This document shows positions 57,034 through 64,000 of a stretch of 64,000 bases of DNA, in pieces. The notes beneath the pieces are model-generated. The model was not told where the DNA came from. It worked only from the letters and a program-made list of their open reading frames with translations, and searched no databases. Each line of letters starts with the position of its first letter. Position 1 is the first letter of the stretch. The DNA comes from an uncultured Bacteroidota bacterium (GTDB lineage Bacteria; Bacteroidota; Bacteroidia; Flavobacteriales; Flavobacteriaceae): contig CACOXF010000001.1 of assembly GCA_902631125.1 (NCBI GenBank), positions 53,052-117,051 on the forward strand, read 5' to 3'. The position numbers and the translations under genes are program-made.

Positions 57034-58632
57034 ATGCTTAGACATATTTTTACTTTTTCACTCATCTCTTTGTCTTTTATAGCCACATCACAAGAACAGC
57101 CAAATGTGTTGTTGATTATGGCAGATGATCTTAACGATTACATTGGTGCTTTTGGTGGGCACCCTGACGTTAAAACACCCAATATGGACCGCTTAGCAGC
57201 ATCGGGTGTACAGTTTTCAAATGCACACACCAACGTACCTGTTTGTCAGCCTTCAAGAAACAGTTTATTTACAGGAGTTTATCCGCACAATTCCGGAGAT
57301 TTTGGCTGGACACCCATGTCAGAACAACCTGTGCTTAAGCACAATAAAACCATGATGGAATATTTTGTTGAAAACGGCTATCAAACCTTAGGTACAGGAA
57401 AATTGACACATGAAGCGCCGCAACAACATTGGCAAGAATGGGGGAATAATCCTAAGCATAATTATGGGCCATTTTATTTTGATGGTGAGGAAATTGGTGT
57501 ATTACCAACCGTACCATATCCCTACCGCCAGATAGGAACTATTGATGGCTCTTACGGACGTATTTCCGAAGGTGGCATCACCAATGGTAAACATGGTGAA
57601 ATCGGTTTGGTTTATGGATGGGACAAAAAGCCGTACAGGTTTCAAGGCAATGATGACAGAGACTTACTTCAAGGAGAATTACATACTCAATGGGCCATTG
57701 AAAAGTTTGAAAAAATTGCACAAAACAAAACAGCAAAGCCATTTTTTATGGGGGTCGGTTTTGTGAGGCCTCATACACCGCTTCATGCTCCCGACGAATA
57801 CTTTGACATGTATCCCATTGATGAAATTGAATTGGATAAATGGATTGACGGTGATGAATTGGACACCTTCTGGAAAGAAAATTTTCAGGGCAACCTATCG
57901 CTTGAAGGTGATATAAAAACAGTTTACGGGTACAGAGGAGGAAATCTTAAAGGTCCATTGTTATTTAAGACATTGGTAGATTCATACGGAGGAGACAGAG
58001 AATTAGCACTTAAATATTTCCTACAAGCCTATTTAGCATGTATCACCTTTGTTGATGATCAGGTTGGGATAATTTTAAACTCTTTAGAATCAACAGGCTT
58101 GAGTAAAAACACAATAGTCATTTTAACCAGTGACCACGGATGGCATTTAGGCGAGAAAAACCATTTATTTAAGAACTCTCCTTGGGAAGAAAGTACACGT
58201 GTTCCGTACATTGTCCGCATTCCTAATAGCGAAGTGAAAGGTGTTGTTAACCACCCGGTGTCACTAATTGATATTTTTCCAACATTAATTGACTATTGTT
58301 CACTTTTGGGTAACACCAAAAAATCAAATTCCGGAGGAAATCTAGGCGGGTACTCTTTACGTGCATTTTTAGAAAATACAAATACAAAAAATTGGAAAGG
58401 GCCTAATTATGCCTTAACAATTGTAGGAAACTATGGGCTGAAATTCCCAAAAGAAAAACAAAACTACTCCTTGCGCACAACAGATTATAGATATATCAGA
58501 TATTATAATGGAAAAGAGGAGTTGTATCACAACAAAAAAGATCCATACGAGTGGCACAATGTGGTCTTTGAAAAAAGATATAGAAAGAAACTTAAAACAT
58601 TTCGTGCGCAACTTAATAACATAGTAAATTAG
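57034..58632 (+). CDS. S1-family sulfatase (Cys-type)
   Basis: Signal peptide. ..LLIMADDLNDY.. and the formylglycine motif VPVCQPSRNSLFTG. Paralogue of 60044..61609. Confidence 0.9.
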   Translation: MLRHIFTFSLISLSFIATSQEQPNVLLIMADDLNDYIGAFGGHPDVKTPNMDRLAASGVQFSNAHTNVPVCQPSRNSLFTGVYPHNSGDFGWTPMSEQPVLKHNKTMMEYFVENGYQTLGTGKLTHEAPQQHWQEWGNNPKHNYGPFYFDGEEIGVLPTVPYPYRQIGTIDGSYGRISEGGITNGKHGEIGLVYGWDKKPYRFQGNDDRDLLQGELHTQWAIEKFEKIAQNKTAKPFFMGVGFVRPHTPLHAPDEYFDMYPIDEIELDKWIDGDELDTFWKENFQGNLSLEGDIKTVYGYRGGNLKGPLLFKTLVDSYGGDRELALKYFLQAYLACITFVDDQVGIILNSLESTGLSKNTIVILTSDHGWHLGEKNHLFKNSPWEESTRVPYIVRIPNSEVKGVVNHPVSLIDIFPTLIDYCSLLGNTKKSNSGGNLGGYSLRAFLENTNTKNWKGPNYALTIVGNYGLKFPKEKQNYSLRTTDYRYIRYYNGKEELYHNKKDPYEWHNVVFEKRYRKKLKTFRAQLNNIVN

Positions 58633-58637
58633 CAATT

Positions 58638-60038
58638 ATGATAAAAGGTGTTTTTATATTTTACGTGTTACTATTTGTTGCACCAATTTTTCTGTGGAGT
58701 CAGTCTAAAAAACCCAATTTAATTGTGATCATGACTGACGATATGGGCTATGCAGATGTTGGGTTTAATGGGTGTACAGATATCCCTACACCCAATATTG
58801 ATTCTATTGCATATAATGGCGCACACATTGTAAATGGTTATGTGTCATTTCCAGTTTGTGGACCTAGTAGAGCAGGTTTTATGACGGGCCGCTATCAAGA
58901 CAGATTTGGCTTTACAACCAACCCGACTATTGATCCGACAAATTATATTGCTGGTCTTCCACTTGATGAAAAAACCCTAGCTGAGGTTTTACACAAAGAA
59001 GGTTATAAAAGTGCTATTGTGGGAAAATGGCATTTGGGTACACATCCAAATTTTCATCCATTAAATAGAGGATTTGATTATTTCTATGGTTTTTTATCTG
59101 GAGGGCATAATTACTTTATAAATCAATTGACTATAGAAAATCTTGAAAATGTTAAATCAAAATGGGCTTGGTATAGAACAAAGCTGATGGAAAATCATAA
59201 AACACTAGAATTTGAGGATTACAAGACCGACTACTTAACAGATGAGCTCAGTGAAGCAGCCCTTCGCTTTATTGACAAACAATCTGAAAATGACCAATCT
59301 TTTTTCTTATTTCTCTCCTATAATGCTCCACATACACCCATGCATGCCACTGAAAAATACCTTTCAAGATTTCCAGAAATACAGGATAGAAAAAGAAAGA
59401 CCTATGCAGCTATGGTAAGTGCTGTTGATGACGGAATAGGACTAGTACTTGAGAAGTTGAAAGAAAATATTCTAATTGAAAATACCATTATTGTGTTTTT
59501 ATCTGATAACGGAGGTGCACATAACAATGCTTCTCAAAACATACCTCTGAGAGGAACTAAAGGAAGTGTTTACGAAGGCGGTCTAAGAGTGCCATTTGCC
59601 ATACAATGGAAAGGAGTGATTCCTGTAAATACAAAGTACGAAGAATCGGTATCTTCATTGGATATTATGGCAAGTATGGTAGACATTTTAGACATTAAAT
59701 CAAATCGGAAAAAACCACTAGATGGAGTAAATATCATTCCTTACCTAACTGGTGAAAAGCAAGGCGCGCCTCATGATTATTTGTTTTGGCGAAAGTGGGA
59801 ACAAAACGCCATGGCAGTAATTCATGGAGATCACAAACTACTCAAATCAAATAAAAGATCAGATTCAGAAATTTATAACTTGAAACTTGATGTTTCTGAG
59901 TCAAAAAACATTAAAGGCTCTAACGTTATTTTGGAAAAACAATTGCAAAATGCGTGGAATCATTGGAATAAAAAAAATATAGACAGAATATTCCCATCAT
60001 TGGGTGAAGACGAATGGTGGACTAAAAATGAAAATTAG
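58638..60038 (+). CDS. S1-family sulfatase (Cys-type)
   Basis: Signal peptide. ..LIVIMTDDMGYADVG.. and the formylglycine motif FPVCGPSRAGFMTG. Confidence 0.9.
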   Translation: MIKGVFIFYVLLFVAPIFLWSQSKKPNLIVIMTDDMGYADVGFNGCTDIPTPNIDSIAYNGAHIVNGYVSFPVCGPSRAGFMTGRYQDRFGFTTNPTIDPTNYIAGLPLDEKTLAEVLHKEGYKSAIVGKWHLGTHPNFHPLNRGFDYFYGFLSGGHNYFINQLTIENLENVKSKWAWYRTKLMENHKTLEFEDYKTDYLTDELSEAALRFIDKQSENDQSFFLFLSYNAPHTPMHATEKYLSRFPEIQDRKRKTYAAMVSAVDDGIGLVLEKLKENILIENTIIVFLSDNGGAHNNASQNIPLRGTKGSVYEGGLRVPFAIQWKGVIPVNTKYEESVSSLDIMASMVDILDIKSNRKKPLDGVNIIPYLTGEKQGAPHDYLFWRKWEQNAMAVIHGDHKLLKSNKRSDSEIYNLKLDVSESKNIKGSNVILEKQLQNAWNHWNKKNIDRIFPSLGEDEWWTKNEN

Positions 60039-60043
60039 ATTGT

Positions 60044-61609
60044 ATGCTAAGGTACGCTTTATTTTCTCTATTTATTTTGACAACATCGCAATTGTTTGCG
60101 CAGGAAAAACCCAATGTTTTGATGATTGTTTTGGATGACCTCAATGATTATGTGGGTGTTTTGGATGGTCATCCACAGGCAAAAACCCCTAACATTGATA
60201 GGCTTGCTAAAGAAGGAGTTTTGTTTACAAACGCACATGCCAATGTCCCAGTATGTCAACCATCCAGAGCAAGTTTTATGACAGGCATTTCTCCATTGCG
60301 TTCTCGAATGTGGGGATTTGATAATTGGATGAAGAACAAATTATTAGCGCAAGCAACTACCCTTCCTGAGTTTTTCACTGCGAAGGGCTATATTAGCATG
60401 CAGTCTGGAAAGGTGTTTCATAGTCCAAAAAAAGGTGCTTGGAGCCTCATGGGGGTTAAAAAAGATTATGGCCCCATAGCATTTAATGGCAAAAAATCAG
60501 TTCCCCACCCCTTATCTCCAAAAGGTATGCGTGAATTAGGAGCTCTTGATGCTACATTTTTCTCTTTGGCAGATGTTCCCGAAGTTCCACCTACTGATGA
60601 TACCCCTGGAGCAAAAGGATGGTATAATGGTAGCTGGGGAGGAAAACCATTTCGCTATGTAAATGATACTGATAGAGATTTAATGACTGATGAGAAAAGT
60701 ACTATTTGGGCAAAAAAACAATTGGAAAAACTAAGCAAACAAGATAAAGTAAAACCATTTTTTATGGCGATTGGTTTGCATAGACCACACACACCCTTAG
60801 TCGTTCCTCAAAAATATTTTGATATGTTTCCATTAAAAATCATTCAAACGTCACAAATAAAAGAGAAAGATTATTCGTATACGTATTTAGAAAACAACAA
60901 CCTTAAGAAAGGTAGAATGTCAAGAGGAAGAAAGGCATATTTAGGTTTAGTTGAAGGTTATGAATCAAAGGAGCTTGCACTTAAAAAATACACACAGGCC
61001 TATTTGGCAAGCGTTGCTTTTGCTGATGATCGTGTAGGAGAGCTGCTTGAAGCATTAGAAAATTCGAAGTTTGCCAACAATACCATTGTTATTCTCTTTA
61101 GTGACCATGGATACAATTTGGGAGAAAAAAAATATCTGTGGAAGTATAATCTGTGGGAAGAAACTACACGTGTACCACTGATTATAAAAGCGCCAAAATA
61201 TAACACAAATGCAGGAAAAAAAATAACCCATCCAGTTTCATTACTAGATATTTATCCTACAATATTATCTCTAACAGGAAATAATGTCTCAAACCTTAAA
61301 CTAAACGGAATACAGCAGTTAGATGGATTCAGCTTAGAACCATTTTTAAAAAATCCTAAAACCAAATTATGGGATGGTCCCGATGCAGCATTAACAGTTA
61401 TTGCAAGTTGGAAGTCTCAACTTCCTGAACGACAACACCTATCAGTAAGAGGAAAAAGATATAGATATATTAAATATGCAAACGGTAATGAAGAGCTATA
61501 TGATCACAAAAAGGACCCTTACGAATCGTATAATCTAGCAAGTAGTATTGAACATAACTATGTCAAACAAAAACTTTCTAGTATCTTGAATAAACAGTTA
61601 AAATTGTAA
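60044..61609 (+). CDS. S1-family sulfatase (Cys-type)
   Basis: Signal peptide. ..VLMIVLDDLNDY.. and the formylglycine motif VPVCQPSRASFMTG. Shares many blocks with 57034..58632. Confidence 0.9.
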   Translation: MLRYALFSLFILTTSQLFAQEKPNVLMIVLDDLNDYVGVLDGHPQAKTPNIDRLAKEGVLFTNAHANVPVCQPSRASFMTGISPLRSRMWGFDNWMKNKLLAQATTLPEFFTAKGYISMQSGKVFHSPKKGAWSLMGVKKDYGPIAFNGKKSVPHPLSPKGMRELGALDATFFSLADVPEVPPTDDTPGAKGWYNGSWGGKPFRYVNDTDRDLMTDEKSTIWAKKQLEKLSKQDKVKPFFMAIGLHRPHTPLVVPQKYFDMFPLKIIQTSQIKEKDYSYTYLENNNLKKGRMSRGRKAYLGLVEGYESKELALKKYTQAYLASVAFADDRVGELLEALENSKFANNTIVILFSDHGYNLGEKKYLWKYNLWEETTRVPLIIKAPKYNTNAGKKITHPVSLLDIYPTILSLTGNNVSNLKLNGIQQLDGFSLEPFLKNPKTKLWDGPDAALTVIASWKSQLPERQHLSVRGKRYRYIKYANGNEELYDHKKDPYESYNLASSIEHNYVKQKLSSILNKQLKL

Positions 61610-61691
61610 TATAGTTTATACTTTATATGTTTTTTAACATTGTCAAATTCAGTGCGCTCAAAAAAGACTAATTTTCCAACAAACGTCACTA

Positions 61692-62828
61692 ATGACCATA
61701 AACACAAACAATTCTGACATCATTGTAAAATCCCCTGGTCGCATCAATCTGATTGGCGAACACATTGATTACAACGGCGGGCATGTACTGCCGGCAGCGA
61801 TAGATCGTAAAGTCACCATGTGGTTTAGAAAAAAGGACAACAGCCTATGTCGGGTAAATTCTGAAGATGAGGGCGCCTTTTCTTTTGATATCAACAAGCC
61901 CTTACAAATCAGCGATACCCATTGGGAGAATTATGTGCTTGGTGTTGTCGATGGCATTGTAAAAGCCTGTCCAGGAAAGCTCGGAGGTTTTGATTGTGTG
62001 ATATCCAGTGAGTTGCCTATTGGGGCTGGTATCAGCTCATCTGCCGCCCTTGAATGTGGTGTTGCCAAAGGCTTAAATGATTTATTTGACTTGGGGCTTT
62101 CCAATTTGGAGCTTATAGAGATCTCTCGCATGGCAGAGCACAACTTTGTGGGTACCAAATGTGGGGTGATGGATCAGTTTGCGGTGACGATGGGCAAACG
62201 TAAAAAGCTGTTACTTCTAAACTGCGAGACCTTAGACTACAAACTCATTGATGCAGAGTTTACTCCTTATAAGATATTGCTACTGAACACCAATATATCG
62301 CATAACTTGGCATCGAGTGAGTACAACACGCGAAGAGACGAATGCGAACAAGCCCTTGCTCTCATTCAAAAAGACCATCCTCAGTATGATTTTTTAGCCG
62401 ATGTTCCAGAAATAATCATCCAGACTTATAAAGAAAAACTCTCTAAAAAAGTCTATCAACGGGCACTTTTTGTGTCTCGTGAAAACGCCAGAACCTTAAA
62501 AGCTGCAGAGCTTATCCAAAGCGGAGATATTAAGGGTTTTGGCAAGCTGATGTACCAAACCCACGAAGGGCTATCCAAAAACTATGAAGTCAGTTGCCCT
62601 GAACTCGATTTTTTAGTGGACCTTTCCAAAGACTTCCCGCAGGTGGTGGGAAGTCGTATGATGGGTGGCGGCTTTGGCGGTTGCACAATCAACCTTCTGG
62701 AAGAGGGCTTTGTCAATGAGTTTATGGATTTGGCAAGCAAAGTCTACAAACAAAATTTTGATATTAATCTCACTTCCATATTGGTAGCTACCTCAAATGG
62801 CGTGGAAACCATAAATTCTGAATTATAG
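61692..62828 (+). CDS. galK: galactokinase
   Basis: Signature GRINLIGEHIDYNGG and the GHMP motif ..PIGAGISSSAALE... Confidence 0.95.
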   Translation: MTINTNNSDIIVKSPGRINLIGEHIDYNGGHVLPAAIDRKVTMWFRKKDNSLCRVNSEDEGAFSFDINKPLQISDTHWENYVLGVVDGIVKACPGKLGGFDCVISSELPIGAGISSSAALECGVAKGLNDLFDLGLSNLELIEISRMAEHNFVGTKCGVMDQFAVTMGKRKKLLLLNCETLDYKLIDAEFTPYKILLLNTNISHNLASSEYNTRRDECEQALALIQKDHPQYDFLADVPEIIIQTYKEKLSKKVYQRALFVSRENARTLKAAELIQSGDIKGFGKLMYQTHEGLSKNYEVSCPELDFLVDLSKDFPQVVGSRMMGGGFGGCTINLLEEGFVNEFMDLASKVYKQNFDINLTSILVATSNGVETINSEL

Positions 62829-63866
62829 ATGGATTTTAACAACACCCAACACAGAAGAAAAAACATCCTCACAGGCGAATGGGTACTGGTATCTCCACAC
62901 CGCACTAAACGCCCATGGCAAGGCAAAAAAGACAAGCCCCAGGAAGTAGAGCTATTAGATTACGATCCGAACTGCTATTTATGCCCAGGCAATGAGCGCG
63001 CAGGAGGCGCCAAAAACCCAGACTATACATGCACATACAGCTTCCAAAACGATTTTGCAGCCCTGCTTAAAGGCCCAGAAGAAACTTTTAAAGAGGGGCT
63101 ACTAGAAGCCGAAAGCGAATCCGGAAAATGTAAAGTGATTTGCTATCACCCCAATCACAGTTTGACACTGCCACTAATGGAAGAGCGTGATATAGAGGAA
63201 GTGATCACACTTTGGCAAAAGGAATACACTGACCTTGGGAGTGATCTAAACATCAACCATGTGCAGATTTTTGAGAACAAAGGAGCAATAATGGGCTGCT
63301 CCAACCCGCACCCACATGGACAGATATGGGCACAACGCACCATTCCTCAGGAAGTGCAGAAAAAAGTGGTGCACCTAAAAAGCTATTGGGACCAAAACAG
63401 CAGCAGTTTATTGGGCGATTATTTACAACAAGAACTTGATGCCAAAGAGCGCATTGTATTGGAAAACGAAAGCTTTTTAGCACTTGTTCCCTATTGGGCA
63501 GTATGGCCATTTGAGACCATGATTATACCCAAAAGACATATTACCTCTATTCTAGAACTATCACTGCAAGAAGTATCGGATTATGCAGGTATCCTAAAAG
63601 CCCTCACTATTCGCTATGACAACCTTTTTGAAACCTCATTTCCCTACTCTGCAGGAATACACCAAGCGCCCACAGATGGAAAGGATAACAGCCACTGGCA
63701 TATGCATATGTCGTTTTATCCACCCTTACTTCGCTCAGCCGAGGTCAAGAAATTTTTGGTGGGCTACGAGATGTTTGCCAGTCCCCAGCGTGACATCACG
63801 GCTGAGCAAGCCGCACAACGCTTACGTGATTGTGCAACCAAACACTATTCAAAAAACAAAACATAA
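62829..63866 (+). CDS. galT: galactose-1-phosphate uridylyltransferase
   Basis: Zinc site CYLCPGNE and active-site HPHGQIW. The start abuts the galK stop. Confidence 0.95.
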   Translation: MDFNNTQHRRKNILTGEWVLVSPHRTKRPWQGKKDKPQEVELLDYDPNCYLCPGNERAGGAKNPDYTCTYSFQNDFAALLKGPEETFKEGLLEAESESGKCKVICYHPNHSLTLPLMEERDIEEVITLWQKEYTDLGSDLNINHVQIFENKGAIMGCSNPHPHGQIWAQRTIPQEVQKKVVHLKSYWDQNSSSLLGDYLQQELDAKERIVLENESFLALVPYWAVWPFETMIIPKRHITSILELSLQEVSDYAGILKALTIRYDNLFETSFPYSAGIHQAPTDGKDNSHWHMHMSFYPPLLRSAEVKKFLVGYEMFASPQRDITAEQAAQRLRDCATKHYSKNKT

Positions 63867-63891
63867 ACAAAACCATTAAAAACAAAGCCAA

Positions 63892-64000
63892 ATGAATTTT
63901 TCAACAATAGACATAGCTGTATTTGCGCTTTATGCGCTGATCATTTTATCAATCGGATTTTTTGTATCCCGTCAAAAGAAGGGTGAGACCAAAAGTGCGG
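63892..64000 (+). CDS. sodium:solute symporter (SSS family), 5' fragment cut by the window edge
   Basis: Hand translation MNFSTIDIAVFALYALIILSIGFFVSRQKKGETKSA matches the usual SSS N-terminus (TM1, then a basic stretch). Only 36 codons are visible. Confidence 0.65.
   Translation, partial: MNFSTIDIAVFALYALIILSIGFFVSRQKKGETKSA

Noticed and set aside
1-64000. Search for CRISPR arrays, transposases/IS ends, integrases, prophage genes, toxin-antitoxin pairs or known defence-system signatures
   Set aside because: None was seen. The only non-genic repeats are the 25-nt tandem duplication and the 18-bp inverted repeat. No ORF shows recombinase, nuclease-NTPase or similar defence-type motifs.

Overview
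This window reads as a contiguous piece of a Bacteroidota chromosome, Flavobacteriia-like and probably marine. Supporting signs are the nusB-DUF1573-yajC order, type III plus type II glutamine synthetases, a SusC/SusD pair, TAnnTTTG -7 boxes 5-20 nt upstream of start codons, and no Shine-Dalgarno sequences. Positions 1-44,000 are densely packed housekeeping genes. They include dcp (partial), pyrD, yajC, nusB, an ABC exporter, a cyclophilin-FKBP fusion, recQ, kpsF, tatC, lptB, pssA, lnt, secA, msrA, dnaJ/grpE, ilvE, crcB, purU, pyrF, prfA and purM. A nitrogen-assimilation module sits in the same stretch: porin-glnK-amt, and divergent GSIII/GSII genes. A tRNA-Arg(ACG) at 44.5 kb, bracketed by a perfect 18-bp inverted repeat, separates this core from the accessory part (44.9-64 kb). 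The accessory part holds susC/susD, one large GH2-like enzyme, four Cys-type S1 sulfatases, a SASA-type esterase and a decayed second GH2. These are followed directly by galK, galT and a Na+/solute symporter that is cut by the right edge. I regard this locus as the best candidate for an undescribed system: it has four sulfatases to one GH, and no regulator or endo-enzyme in the window. Other points worth a second look are a GSIII gene whose conserved N-terminus can only be reached from an ATT codon, and mirrored promoter architecture with G/C-containing inverted repeats upstream of the nitrogen genes. Also notable are a 25-nt tandem duplication that creates a uORF in front of the porin-glnK-amt operon, a tRNA with an apparent A19:U56 elbow pair, and an orphan sigma-54 activator with no DNA-binding domain. 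I saw no rRNA, CRISPR array, transposase, integrase, phage gene or recognisable defence system. All calls rest on reading the translations and sequence by eye; no searches were run.
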